From: Blasia pusilla
Lineage: Eukaryota
Reading direction: 5' to 3'
Assembly (NCBI GenBank): GCA_050084515.1
Contig: CM114271.1
Location: 12,896,001-12,960,000, forward strand
Length of the DNA: 64,000 nucleotides
Part shown: positions 49,650 through 62,061 of the stretch, piece after piece
Layout: every line of letters begins with the position of its first letter
How positions within the stretch are numbered: position 1 is the first letter of the stretch
Program-made: the position numbers and the translations under genes
Notes under the pieces: generated by a model
What the model saw: the letters and a program-made list of their open reading frames with translations, nothing else
Told to the model about the DNA's origin: nothing
Databases searched by the model: none

Positions 49650-52050
49650 AGAAATGATGCCCATTTTTTCTCAGATTCTTGCTGGTAGCAAAGTGACGTA
49701 GGGCAACATGTAGAGCAGAATATCAAGGAGCAGTATATACATAGCATTGTTGAGAGAGTGGCGAATGTCGCAAATAGAAAAGGAGAGGAAGAGAGCATTC
49801 TAGGTAAAAAAACATAGGCTTCATGGGGGGTTTTCAAGTAAGAGCAGCTAGGTTTAGGGTGCATAGTAATGTATGTGTGTAGGCGCATGAACCTATCGAG
49901 GTGACGAGGTAGTCAAGGCTAGTTGGATAGAAACATGGATAAGTGCAAGGAATCTGCATATGGACCATAAGGGTATGCATGGACAACCACAAGTATTGGG
50001 TTCCACCTAGCCAAGTGAGTTATGTAGGAGCAAAAGAGGTTGATTGGGGCAAAGTTTGCAACTAATGTGTATGCTTCTTTGAACGGGGCGTGGAGATGTA
50101 AATAATGACGTATAGAGAGATGCAATGAGATCAATTGAGGAGGTTGTTGTTGCCATGAAAGATAATTTTTGGGATAGGACGGAGTTAGTTGTAATAAAGT
50201 GGAGGCATGGTTGCATATGAAAGTACTTGGCCGCAAGCAAGGTAGTGAGGTGAGTGGTGAGTGAAGTAGTTGTGCACAACAGTCACTCCACCATGCATAT
50301 GGTAGCCATAGTAAAATGTGGTAGGATGAACAATGTGGTCAATGTAGATAAATTATTGGCTCTTAACCACATAAGCTCCAAGGTGATATAGAAAGTTGGT
50401 TAGAGAGTTTTTAGAGATTTTGCAACTTGGCACTTATGATTTGATTTTGTGATTTTGCAGATATTTTCCATGCACAAAAAGTTGAAGAAAAAGTTCTAAC
50501 TTGTTAGCATTATGCTAATGTGCATTGAGTGATTCACATTGGTGGTACGTGAATGGAAAGAATGCAAGAGGTGGTGAACTTGAGATTCTTTTCAAGTTGT
50601 GAGACCTAAATCAATTGAGCAATTTTATTTACTTGATTTGTGTTCTCAAAATTTGAGGACACAATTTTGCGCTTAAAATCTCAAAAATAAGTGATAAAAT
50701 TATATTTATGTTGCCTAAGCTACATACTAGAAAATTTTCCCTAGGAGTGATCTCAGCTTCCACTTTTGGAATCACCATCTTAATGTTTAGTGCCTTGGTT
50801 GAGGTAGTTCCCAAGTGTCCCTCCCCACAGATGGCAATGTGGGGTTGCTTCATGTCAATTGTTGGCACTCCCAGCCTCTCCACCGCCTCTGGATGTAGGA
50901 AGCTGTAGGTTTCCTTTGTGTCAATATATCAAAGCAACCACAAATTTTCTCATCACCTTCCCTCAACTTTTTCCTTATCAAACATGCTAAATATCAAGGT
51001 GTTAGTCCCCTAACCAAGTCAACATCCTCCTGCTTATTGATGCTCTTGCTTGATTCGACAACGGTCTGGCCTTCCATGCATTGGCCCCTTTAATTTGCCT
51101 TGGGGCACTCCCGATTGAAATGACCAAGATCACCCCACATACAATATCCTCTAGTACTAGGTTCACTCAAGGTTGCCCCTTGCTTGGAACTTGGTGATTA
51201 TTGAGGTTTAAACCTTTTGGGTAATGATCCTATGTGCGTGGCTCTCTCATTGGATTTCCTTTGTTCGCCTTTCCAAACGATGCCCCTACCTTTGTAACAA
51301 GCACCATCTTGTCTTACTTCTTAAGACTTGGATGACCCGCCACTAGTTTAGTAGCCATATCAATTGCCACTTTAGCTTCCCAAACTTGGTTGCCAGCATA
51401 GCACTTTTCTCCCTTATTTTCCGTTTCAACTTGGGCGGTATTGCCTCCAAAAAGGTGAAGATTTGATCAGCGTATCACATATCATCAACCATCGCCAACA
51501 TATCTTGGAAGTGAGTATTGAAACTCACAATCAAGGCTCCCAGCTGCATTTTTTGCAAGAAAATTTTTGGCTTGGGTGGCTTGACCATGAGGTGCCAAAA
51601 ACCTCCTCAATTCTGAGGTAAGCATCCCTCAATCCGGCTCCATGGTATTTTGGTCCTTAAGAAAATCCCATACCACATGAGTGCATGTGCCACTAATTTC
51701 AAAGAAGTCTCGACTCTCCATCTAGCTCTTAGAAGTTGGTAAGTCCTTTTCTCTACCTTTGTCACCCATATGCATTGGTTGAGTCACTTGATATCCATCT
51801 CGCCCCTTTGTATGGGAACTCCTTCCTCATGTCTCCAAATTGATACCCTGGAGATAAGATTAAATTTGAGCTATATGCCTTCATGGTTTCCCCAATCACA
51901 TAGTCCATCTTGGCTTGCCTTTGTTCCTTCAACTCTTGGGAGATGGCACGCTGAACCTCATTGAGATTCTCGGATGGTTGAGCCCCCACAACCTTCCTCT
52001 AAGCATCCTTGCTTACCTTCCAGTTAATAGGAGATAAATCCTTGGGTTCA
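49650..52050 (-). mobile_element. Old degenerate LTR-retrotransposon remnant (gag/protease-like)
   Basis: Minus-strand ENFLVCSLGNINIIL (ORF 50629-50883) resembles the protease C-terminal motif (compare ENFTVCEMDGIDGVLG at 18.3 kb). Gag-like fragments lie at 51.3-52.0 kb. Heavily mutated. Confidence 0.45.
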
Positions 52051-53784
52051 CCTATTTGTGTGTCGCCCCCTCCCCCCCTCTCTCCCCCCCTAAGGTCTAG
52101 TTCCTCCAATGAGTCGGTTAGTTGTGTTTGAAAATGTTCAAGAGAGAGGAAACCAAGTAGATTTCAAAATTTTGGAGAAGAAAAGGGCGGAAGTTACATG
52201 TCACTTTACTCATGTGGGTTTGTTGAATCGGGTTTTTTTCACTTGAACTAGTGTCCCGAACTAGTATTCCGTGCCTATGCAGGGGACCAATTATGGTTAA
52301 AAATTCATTTCGTTTCTTGTAGCCCATGTTTTAAAAAATTATATTGCTATTCATATTACCAAAATACTTTCTTGTTGCCCCACTTCCATGTGCGAATCAA
52401 AGAGATTTTTACAAATCAAGAAGTTGTTCTCGAATAATAACATAGACTACCGAGTTGCTTGTACTAGACTAAATGTTAAAAAAATTCTATCCTTTCTTCC
52501 TCCCCTCCTCTTCCTTCCCACACTCAAGTGTATTCTTGAGTGTGGGGATTTTGATTCTTTCTTACTTCCCTTTTTTAAATGTCATCAAGAGAGGAGCCCT
52601 CAAATGATTCAAGTGCTAGAAGGGGAGGAGGGATTCCCGAAACCCATAATGTGTTAATAATATGGACAATAGGGCAACCAAGAGAAAGACAACCTCCAAC
52701 GTCATCCAATTTTTAACCAAGAAATTAAAAAAATCTGGAATTCTTTTTAACACAAGAATTAAAAAAGAAATCAACTCTAATTGGTTAGTTGCCATTTTCT
52801 TTTTTCATTTTTTATGTATTTGTTGACTTTTTTTGAAATGTTATTACCTTTCTTTGTCCAATTTTGGAATTTATTTTAAAATAAATAAACTTGAAATCTT
52901 CTCTCTTGAAAATGAATTACTTGATTTGATATCATAACGGCCCTTTGAATAATCCCAACACTTAACACATTCACTTTCATTAATTGATTTAGTTGCGGGA
53001 ACGATCTTGTGTCCGCAACTTCAGGGCCTCTCATATATAATTAGGCACACCTCACCGTTCCTCGATAGTGTCAGTGGTCGGGATCGGATGGAGGAATCAT
53101 ATAGTTCAGGGAATCGCTCCGGGGGAATCATAACGTCTACAGACCGCAAGTTGCCGACATGGAAGTTACACGCTGAGTTAAAATATACATCTGCTGGCCG
53201 GTTGCCGCAAATGCTATGTAGAATCCGAAGACTCGAAGTCTCGAACTGCCGTCCGGTTTTTGACTTCTACATCCACGAGCGGTTGAGGTTTCCGTAGGCT
53301 GGCAGTTATCTGGTTAGTAATCCTGAAGTTACTTTCATCCATCCGCAGTGAAAGTGCTGTCCCACGAGCTAGCACTGCGGTGGAAGGAATAATAATGCTA
53401 CACGACACTTGGCAAAGTGTCGAAAGTTGCGGCGGTAAGGAATTCCCTCGATAAAATAGGCATCTTATACAAGAACGATTTGAACAAAAATAGTGCGTCA
53501 ACGATGAGACCGCCGAGCAAGGTTCTGATAATGCGTAGAGTACTTGTTCTTGTAAGGAGCGGAGAAGGATGCGCCGGGATGGAGGGTGTAAACCACTTGA
53601 GCCGATGATCATGGATGACTACTAGGACTGTAGTGGCTAGACTCATCTGGTGACTAATGCAATGCGGCCGGAGTTGGTGATGCTGATTTCTGAGGAATGA
53701 AAATTTAATTTACTGACGCAGGTAGATTCTGAGAATCCATGAAAAGCTTCACAGATGCATGGGAGTTATGGCCTCTAAGCTCGT

Positions 53785-54658
53785 TATAAAAGCCCCCGAT
53801 TCCTCCCAATTTTCACTCAGATCTGTCATTTGACTCGCATTTTTCCTCCGCGCAACTGGTGCCAGTCAGAGACGAGAGGAGTGAAAGGGACATACAACAT
53901 TTTTGTACTCAGATCACTCTCACTCTCTTTTGACATTACTGCTGCCATTGCATAGCACGGCAATCTGCAGTCGTCGGACGTCTGGGTCTGGGTGCCTCAG
54001 CAGCCGATCTCTGGCCATCCGAAATTCTGCTAGGAAGGTACCAGAGTTCGAAAGAAATGAATGAATCTCCTGCCACCTCACTCACATTCGATCGGATTTT
54101 TTTTGCAAGTCCTGTATGCAGCGTGTAATTCTCAAGATTTATAGTTGTGTTTTCCAGCTGGCAGCTGCCATGCTGGAGACGGAGTGGAGAGTTTGTTCAA
54201 ACTAGGGAGGGATCGAGGTGAAGGGTCAAGTCTGCAACAGTGTCAGTCGATTGTTATAGAATATGGATCTTGTCAGTCTCTATTTCAGCCCACTGAGATA
54301 GCAGCGAAACCATGGCGTCGAGTTCATGTGCCGATTGATAGGACCGGGTTTCCGGCGCATTCGTCATGCGATCTATGTGTCAAGAAGGTCTCGCAGAGAA
54401 TATAGAACATAGTAGATATTTTCTTTCTATAACATGTCTACCGAGTGCTCCGATAGCGCCATGACGTTATTCATCTATCTGGCAGAAAATGCTACATCTG
54501 AGCAGAGAGTGAGAGACAGAGAAATTTGAATTCTGGACTGCCGGTTGGTGAGGGTGGAATGGAACTTCTTAGTCGAGCTGTTCGTGAAACGGACGGCGCT
54601 CACGAGAAAGTTGTTATTTCTATTTGATTGTTGACGTCCGTATCCGTCAACTGCGCAG
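53785..54658 (+). promoter_or_regulatory. Putative TATA box, 5'UTR exon and 5'UTR intron of the expansin
   Basis: TATAAAA at 53785-53791 with a pyrimidine-rich initiator ~30 nt downstream. Donor AAG|GTACC at 54038 and acceptor CGCAG| at 54658, 27 nt before the ATG. Confidence 0.5.
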
Positions 54659-54685
54659 ATACATACGGTTCCTGCGCTCTCGACA

Positions 54686-55714
54686 ATGGTGGCATTCATG
54701 GAATATCTACTGGTTGCCCTGACCATCCTCCTGTCTTATGGAGGAGTAAGTGTAGTTGACGGCTGGAGCCCGGCCCATGCCACTTACTACGGAGGAAGTG
54801 ACGCTTCGGGCACAAATAGTAAGATCTTGCTCTTGATCATAATACAGAGAGATAAGCTGGAGCACATTGTTTTCTGTCTTTTGCGCTCCAAATTAGACGT
54901 CTCATTCCCTACAGGCAAGAGTGAGATGCAACCTTCTGATTGTTTCAGTTTATTGTGTAACTTTAAGTTTGCTAGTAATTTGAATAGAAGAGTCGTTCGA
55001 ATACAGAAGTCTTATCTGCAGACGGCAAGTCTAAATCTGGCCGCGTTCACAGGAATTCGAAGTGCCATTCCAATCGCAAAATATTCTCTAAACATAGATT
55101 TTCTCGTCGCTGCAGATGGAGCTTGTGGGTACAGCAATGTTTTCTCGTTAGGCTACGGCTCCATGACCGCCGCCCTCAGCGCTCCTCTATTCAATAATGG
55201 GATATCATGTGGAGCGTGCTACCAGATTCGATGTGCCGGAGACAGTGCTTGTTACTCCAACACAATTACGGTCACTGCTACGAACTTGTGCCCACAAGGC
55301 AGCTATGGTGGCTGGTGTGACTACCCCAACGCTCACTTTGACCTGTCCCAGCCCGCCTTTTCACAGATTGCGCAGACCATAGCCGGACATGTGTCATTGG
55401 AGTACCAGAAGGTGAGCTGTGTCAGGAGCGGTGGCATCAAATTCAACATCAACGGACACACTTACTTCATGCAAGTACTCGTCTATAATGTCGGAGGTGC
55501 CGGAGACGTCACTTCAGTTCAAGTAAAGGGATCCAACTCCGGATGGATTTCGATGCTCCGAGGTTGGGGCCAGATCTGGCAAACGGGTCAAGTTCTTGAC
55601 GGTCAAGCGCTCTCCTTCATCGTCACCACTAGCGATGGCAGAAGCGTCACCAGCAACAATGTCGCGGGTAATGGATGGTCTTATGGACAAACATTTCAAG
55701 GATCTCAGTTCTGA
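54686..55714 (+). CDS. EXPA: Alpha-expansin, 2 coding exons (54686-54818, 55116-55714), ~243 aa
   Basis: Hydrophobic signal peptide, [21 protein letters not shown] after splicing (A|GTAAG...TGCAG|AT), [49 protein letters not shown]-terminal Trp residues and GQTFQGSQF*. No disablements. Confidence 0.96.
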   Translation: MVAFMEYLLVALTILLSYGGVSVVDGWSPAHATYYGGSDASGTNSKILLLIIIQRDKLEHIVFCLLRSKLDVSFPTGKSEMQPSDCFSLLCNFKFASNLNRRVVRIQKSYLQTASLNLAAFTGIRSAIPIAKYSLNIDFLVAADGACGYSNVFSLGYGSMTAALSAPLFNNGISCGACYQIRCAGDSACYSNTITVTATNLCPQGSYGGWCDYPNAHFDLSQPAFSQIAQTIAGHVSLEYQKVSCVRSGGIKFNINGHTYFMQVLVYNVGGAGDVTSVQVKGSNSGWISMLRGWGQIWQTGQVLDGQALSFIVTTSDGRSVTSNNVAGNGWSYGQTFQGSQF

Positions 55715-57257
55715 TCCATCGCGGTCAGCGTATCACCATAAATGCCGCAAGACCATGGTCGCACGTAATAATTTGCAGCTTGCATGTACCGGTGGTTCTC
55801 GATGTCATAGAGGTCTGGGCCCAGCAAATGCCACCCATGTCAGCGAGACCATGGAAGGACGATTAATGTATAGTAACCTGGTTTTTTGTAGGAGATATGA
55901 CATATCTATATATCTAGATATGAATTGGCACAACTTGCACGAGTTCTAGTCGGTTTCAATTCTCGATTGAGTAAGTGCAATTGGCCTACGTTTCATAGTA
56001 GTAATAGCTGTCACTCCAAAATTGTCTGTTATAGAAGTGAGCAATCCGGCTGGATTGTCACCCAAATCCTGTTGCATATTGCAGAGGTGTGCAGAATGTC
56101 ACCCGCAAATCTTAAAATCAGTTGGCTTGATGGCTGGCAAGCCAAATATGTCTGTTGCCGAGGTGTGTAGTACTGAGTACTGTAGCCACCCGCAACCTTA
56201 TAATCATCAAAACATTCAGATTATTTGTGTACTTTTAGGTGCACTATCGGAAATTACGGTTTTATCCAGTGATTCGCAGCAAATGACTCAATCCGTGTGC
56301 GACTGCCAGAATCTCTAAAGCTGGTCCTTTTTGCGTTAGATCAAGCTCATTCGAAGCTGGTCCTCTGACAGTTAAATCACAATTCCCACACCATCGAAAC
56401 TGTTGCGCGGAATTCTACTTCTACCCCAATTGGATTGTTGGAACAAAAGCTGAATAATTTCCACTTCCAGACCATCCCTTCCTTTATCCTCCATCAGATA
56501 GATGCAAAATGTCTGTAACGGTCGAATGGATGGTTCTATTCTGTCGCTCTGTCCAATTGAACCATCTCTTGGCGATATCCCTTCCCCTGGTTTGGTTTCA
56601 ATCGCTGTAACTTGCGGATGTCGCTGAGCGTCTTTGCCCGATGAAGCATGGGTTGGCTACGGCTGGTTGGCAACGATTTTCGCGCCAACCAGCCGAACGA
56701 TTTTCGTTATGAAGAGAAACGATGGATCTTTCAAGTGTCTGATGAGGCTACTTTCCCCAACTCTGCCTCCGAGAACCTGCCCACCTGATCCGCACGAGGC
56801 AGAATGGAGCAATGAAGGAGTGCAAACTCTGCGAAAATCGTAGTATCTCTGACCGTTGTTCTGAGTCAGCATTGGCCAAAGTGTCTCAGTCTCGTTTGCC
56901 AAACGTGATCGTACTTGTGTGCTCCGTGTGAGTGGAAGCCTTGAGCATACTCAGTCTAGTCTTGCATACTCGAGGCGACTATTCACATGGCTCGACCAGA
57001 ATCTCCACATGTTGTGGGCCGTATATGATACAGAGATTTCGATTGCTATCCCTGGAACGAGTCCAAGTCTAGTTCGTCCAGCGGTGCACGTGCTAGTGCG
57101 ACACCTATCTACAAAACTTTAGATTTTGGGGGCCCATCTGCCTGCAAGAGGATTCCGGCCTTTCATATGGCTTATGTAAATGTGTCGTCACTGGGAACCT
57201 AACAGGGTTACTAACCTCCTCCTGCTCACATACTAGCTGGAGCCCAAGTATTGTTAG

Positions 57258-57302
57258 TTAGACTCCATTACTTCGCATATCAGGCGAAGTAATGGAGTCT
57301 AA
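57258..57302. repeat. Perfect 19-bp-stem hairpin
   Basis: TTAGACTCCATTACTTCGC-atatcag-GCGAAGTAATGGAGTCTAA. Confidence 0.9.
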
Positions 57303-57578
57303 AGTCTTCTTACTTCAGTCGGTATACTGTACCGACAAGTGCGCTACCGTAACGCGGGCCCAGTTTATGTCTAGGAATTTCACCGACGATATGTAACATC
57401 ACCTCAGAAGAGAGTAGGATTTCGTCTATCCCGTGATAGATATCACCCCTTCGACTGGAGGGCTATCTGTTTTGGCAATCCACGAACCAAACTCTCCTAC
57501 TAGAATCTCGGTTCACTGTCTGTCGAGGCTGTGGACTTGAGGCACATTTATGAAGCGATGACCATAGCTAGTGAAAAG

Positions 57579-60500
57579 CAATGTTCGGACAGATCCGGGG
57601 TTGCGAGTAACCCCGGCCAGCAGTTTTGTGAAATTTCCGACCAGCAGAAGAACTTCCGGGCAGCAGTTCCGGGTGAAATTGGCAACTGGATACCGGCAAC
57701 TGTCAGGCCAGCCGACCAGGCACCGGAATTTGACTGTTTCCCGGCAGGAAGTCGTCGGAAAGTGGTGCCGTCCGGGTAGGGAAGCCGGTTACTGGCTGGA
57801 GTGCTATTACCGGCAGACGGTTTTTTGCCGCCTGGGGTGCCGGCTGCCGGAAAAGTATGAGTGATGCAGCGACGCTCAGGATTCGCTAAGGGAGAGACGG
57901 CTGGATCCAGACCGTCCACTCATTTAGGGCACACTAACACAGCCGTCCAATCTGAGTCGGACGGTTGGATGTAGAAGTGGCATACCCCTTGGGGGCCTGC
58001 AATGGGGTGGAGACCTCACTGCGGGACCCTGGGGGCCTCATTCGCATGTTCTCCACTTGTGGAGTCTCCGCTCCCGACCGTCCGTCTCGCTGCTCTCGCC
58101 GCTCGCGTTTCTGCCATTTGCCTTGCCCGAGTGGCCATCTCTCCCCGAGTTTCGTGTTGCTATTCCACTGCTCCGTATCACTGCTGTTGCTGCTGGATCC
58201 TGCAAGCTCGCTGCTCACGTTTCTGCCCTTCACAGACGTCATTCGCTTTGCTGCTCCATTGCTCGTCTCTCGCCGAGTCTCGTGTTGTTGCTCCAGTGCT
58301 TGTCTCTCACGTCCAGTTCTCCTTTTGCGAAATCTTTGGTAGCTCCGCTCCTGGTGCTCCATCTCGCTGCTATTGTGCTACCCAATCCTGCAAGCTTGCT
58401 GCTCGCATTACTGCTTGGCAGCCTTGGCTTGGTCATTTTCGGTGGGCTTGGTAGCGTTGCTGCTAGGGATCGGGGTGGGGGCCGCTCAATGTGTGGCAAG
58501 TCCGTGACTCGTGGAAAGGCTGCTGCCCTCCATTGTTCCCGGACTGTGTTCTCTCAGGCAGCCGAGATGTATTTCTTAATTTTGTTTCCTTAGCAAGTCT
58601 GCATCGGTTTGCTCTGCTGCTCCGCAAACAGCCTACATTAACGGGGGCCTTTCCAAGGGGCGCAGCCGCCGTAACTTCTCCTCGAGAAGTTCTCGAGCTC
58701 ATTGCAGCTCCTGTGCTCTAGCTTATTCCCGTGGGGTAGCCCTTCTTCCGTTCTCAGATTTGTAGTCCAGATAGTTGCCCATTGCCTAGTAGTGCACATG
58801 GCCAAGAGACAAAAGACAATGACTTCCTTCCTAGGTAAGGAACGAATCAATGACGAGCCTGACATTATCTCATTGTTTGGCCCATCTGATGATAGAGATG
58901 AGCCGCCTCCGTCAGGAAGCAGTGCGGATGTACGTGGAAAAGTTTGTGTAGCATGGAAGGATGTATGGTATTCGATGTATGATTGGATTGAGTGGGATTC
59001 AACCCTTGGTAGAATCTTTTGTAAAGTTTGTAAGAAGGGGAAAGGGAAGAGTGTGTTTGCCAAAGATGGAGCAATAAACTGTAAGGTTTCAGCATTCACT
59101 GATCATGCCAAGTCCAACGAGCACATCAAGTTTGCATGGGCTGCACATGGGGGTAAGAAGTCAATGGCCAAGGCCATTGCCACCACCAACCGCACTTGTG
59201 AAATCGCGCTGTTGACATTGATTAAGTGCGCATACTTCCTTGCAAAGGAGGCTATGCCATTTTTTAAATTTCCTAGCCTTTGTAAGTTAATGTTATCGAT
59301 CAATGCCCCTATTACCAGAGACTTATATCAAAATGAAAAGAGTTCTAGTGAGATGTGTTACTTCATTAGCCAAGTTCTGTTTAGAAGAACTCTTGTGAGA
59401 GTTCAAGCCTCTCCTTTCTTTGGCATTATGATTGATAAGTCAACTGACATATCTGTAACAAGGCATTTGGTTGTGTTTGCCACCTTCATTGAAGAGGGCC
59501 AAGTAGAATGTTATTTTCTAGGACTACTTTGTTGCGAATCAAAATGTTCCAATGCTATTACTGAAGGTTTGTTGCAACTAATCAAAGATGAAGGGTTAGA
59601 ATTCTCCAAAATGGTAGCATTTGGTTCAGATGGAGCTTCTACAATGGTAGGTAGCCAGACAGGGGTGGCCTCCCAAATGAAGCAGAAGCTAAATCCCTAT
59701 ATTCTTTCAGTTCATTGTGTAGCCCATAGAACAAATTTGGCGGCTTTGTCAACTGTGAAAGCTCATGATTGCAAGTCAATATCCTCTGAAGTCGATTCAA
59801 TTCTCAATGCAGTAGCTGGTTACTTTAGAAGGTCGTCAAAGAGGAAAACAATTCTAGCATCATTGCAGGAAAATTTCAATGACTCCCAACGAGTTATGAA
59901 GAGATATCACAAAATTAGATGGTTATCCCGTTGGCAAGCTGTGACCACCTTGTATGATTCTCTAGAATCAGTATTGACATATTTTAGAGATATTTCCCCT
60001 TCAGAGGACGATGGGAATGCTGCAAATTTATTTAACAGGTTGAGATCATTCCAAATGATCTATCAACTATACTTTTTGGCTGACATACTTTCCATGCTTA
60101 CAAATCTGAGTAAGATATTTCAATACAAGTTTGTGGATGTTAGCACTATAGGGAGCATTGTGAATTCGGGGATAGCTAGGATTACCATGAATTTTTTCAT
60201 GGAAACTCATGACTTGAATGCCTCCACCTTCTCTGAAGATACAAGTTACCATATACTTCATGATTTTGGGCCACCTGGTGGTTATCTTCGTCGTTTACAA
60301 TCCAAGATGAGGGGAAACAAGTTTCATAGTATTGTTATGTCTGGAGATCGGACCGGAAGGGATTTAGAGGCTGCATTATTCTTTCAGAAAAGGTTTGCTA
60401 AAAGTGTGTGTACATCTTTACAAGAGCGATTTCGAGATAATAACCTGATTGGATCTATGAGAATACTCAATCCTTTGCACATGCCTTCTCAGAAAATGGG

Positions 60501-61547
60501 ATTGAATAGTTGGGGGTGTAAAGATTTAGATGAATTGTATGGTTTTTTTGGAAATCAATTGCCATTATGGGGTGTGTTGCAACCGGCTATCATTAATTCT
60601 TCGATTGTTAAGCAAGAGTTCAAATCTTTCAAATTGATGGCTACGACTGAGTGGAAGGATTGCAACTTCAGAAACTTGTGGGCGATGGTAAGTTGGAGTC
60701 CCTCATTGCAATTTAAGTTTTCTAATTTTTTGATTTTGGAAAATATAGCTAGAGTCCAATGTGCTAGTACTGCCATATGTGAGAGAGCCTTTTCCATTCA
60801 AAACATGATCAAGACTAAATCTCGTAATAGGTTGACCACAAAGTATTTAAATGTAGTCTTGAGGATTGCCTTAGAAGGACCTGCCTCTAATTATGAGGAG
60901 ATGTTGACTGAGTCTGTGATATTGTGGAAGAATTCTGCTCATTTTAGGTACTTGTTTGAAAATCCTAATAGATACATCTCCCCAAATGAGGAAGTTGAAG
61001 TTACTGAAACCCCTGTAGATTAGATCATTTAGGTTTTAGGAAGTAGGACCCTTCTTGAATACCTGGAGCCACGAGGCTCCAAGTATTCAAGAGGGGTAGG
61101 ATCCTTGGCTCCCAACTGGTGGGAGTTCTGTCAAGTTCAACTCCTGCCAAGGATGATTTTTTTTTTTTTTATTGTATTAGAAGATTGCATGTCTACTTCA
61201 GAGAAAGAATTTGATATCAGGAATGAGATTTTGAGCATTGCGGGGTTGTGGAGAATATAAGGAGTGTGGAGAAATTTTTTTTCCGGCTGAGTTAGGAACA
61301 ACCGGTTTTTGGCCAGCTTCACAAAGTTCGGTCAGAAATTGGCAGAGAAAAAAAATTCAGCCCCGAAAATAAGAAGAAAAGAAAAAAAGAAATTTTGGAT
61401 TTTAACCGACGAGAAAAATATTTTCCAAAAAATAATTGGAAAGCTGCAAATCTCCCAGCTACGATCGGCATGTAAAAATAATATCCAAGAAAATATCAAT
61501 GATACCAGTAATAGTCCGAAAATTCCCAAAAAACTCCCCAAACCATG
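57579..61547 (+). mobile_element. hAT DNA transposon (~4.0 kb) with 8-bp TSD
   Basis: GTGAAAAG is duplicated at 57571-57578 and 61548-61555. Imperfect short TIRs CAATGTTCGG / CATGGTTTGG (reverse complement). CCGG-rich subterminal repeats. A transposase ORF lies inside. Confidence 0.82.
58798..61023 (+). CDS. hAT-family transposase (TTF-type zinc finger, DDE core, hATC dimerisation domain), intact 741-aa ORF
   Basis: WYSMYDWIEWD...IFCKVC...DHAKSNEH; IMIDKSTDIS; FGSDGASTMVG; HCVAHRTNLA; RWLSR; STAICERAFS...KTKSRNRL. ATG at 58798. Confidence 0.92.
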   Translation: MAKRQKTMTSFLGKERINDEPDIISLFGPSDDRDEPPPSGSSADVRGKVCVAWKDVWYSMYDWIEWDSTLGRIFCKVCKKGKGKSVFAKDGAINCKVSAFTDHAKSNEHIKFAWAAHGGKKSMAKAIATTNRTCEIALLTLIKCAYFLAKEAMPFFKFPSLCKLMLSINAPITRDLYQNEKSSSEMCYFISQVLFRRTLVRVQASPFFGIMIDKSTDISVTRHLVVFATFIEEGQVECYFLGLLCCESKCSNAITEGLLQLIKDEGLEFSKMVAFGSDGASTMVGSQTGVASQMKQKLNPYILSVHCVAHRTNLAALSTVKAHDCKSISSEVDSILNAVAGYFRRSSKRKTILASLQENFNDSQRVMKRYHKIRWLSRWQAVTTLYDSLESVLTYFRDISPSEDDGNAANLFNRLRSFQMIYQLYFLADILSMLTNLSKIFQYKFVDVSTIGSIVNSGIARITMNFFMETHDLNASTFSEDTSYHILHDFGPPGGYLRRLQSKMRGNKFHSIVMSGDRTGRDLEAALFFQKRFAKSVCTSLQERFRDNNLIGSMRILNPLHMPSQKMGLNSWGCKDLDELYGFFGNQLPLWGVLQPAIINSSIVKQEFKSFKLMATTEWKDCNFRNLWAMVSWSPSLQFKFSNFLILENIARVQCASTAICERAFSIQNMIKTKSRNRLTTKYLNVVLRIALEGPASNYEEMLTESVILWKNSAHFRYLFENPNRYISPNEEVEVTETPVD

Positions 61548-62061
61548 GTGAAAAGACCCGGGACACTCTCCGGTCAAAGCAGGCCAAATAGAAACAGAGA
61601 ACTATTGTTTAATTTCACTCTATTTTCTTCACAGGCAAGCGTTGCAGGTAGATGTGACAGTTTCTTTCTATCTGATAAGATTACGCAGGTACACATACAA
61701 CTCGCGGGCCCATGTACTCTATCTCAAATAAGAGTCGTCTGGCTCTTATTTGAGACAGCCTTACAAGTGCACATAATGAAGAACAATGGATACTCGAGAC
61801 AAGAATCAAGATAAGGGAGCTAAACAAAGAAGAGTTTCAGATGTTTGACTCGAGATAAAGGGGCCATAAGACCAACGGCCTAATTAGATTATGGGAATAA
61901 CATCAATATCATGGAATTGATATAGATGATATTCATAAATGATAATAATAAGATGGCACATCTTATTACTTTTTGTAACCATTCATGATAATAATTATGT
62001 AAATTCATTTCCCAAACAAGGGTACAAAGGTACGTGATCCTCTCCCACCTCTAATAACAAA

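Noticed and set aside
52245-52285. Second possible Helitron 3' end (hairpin + CTAG)
   Set aside because: Weak hairpin and atypical spacing to CTAG.
55410-55417. AAG|GTGAGC donor-like site in the expansin
   Set aside because: It encodes the conserved QKVSC (cf. RRVPC) and the frame continues; no intron is needed.
54686-55714. 342-aa single-exon expansin as given by the ORF track
   Set aside because: Residues encoded by 54819-55115 lie in a GT-AG intron; splicing restores the conserved GTNNGACGY.
57531-58721. Many overlapping 80-180 aa ORFs on both strands
   Set aside because: GC-rich subterminal/5' region of the hAT element with no recognisable motifs. The TTG-started extension of the transposase ORF (58702) was replaced by the ATG at 58798.
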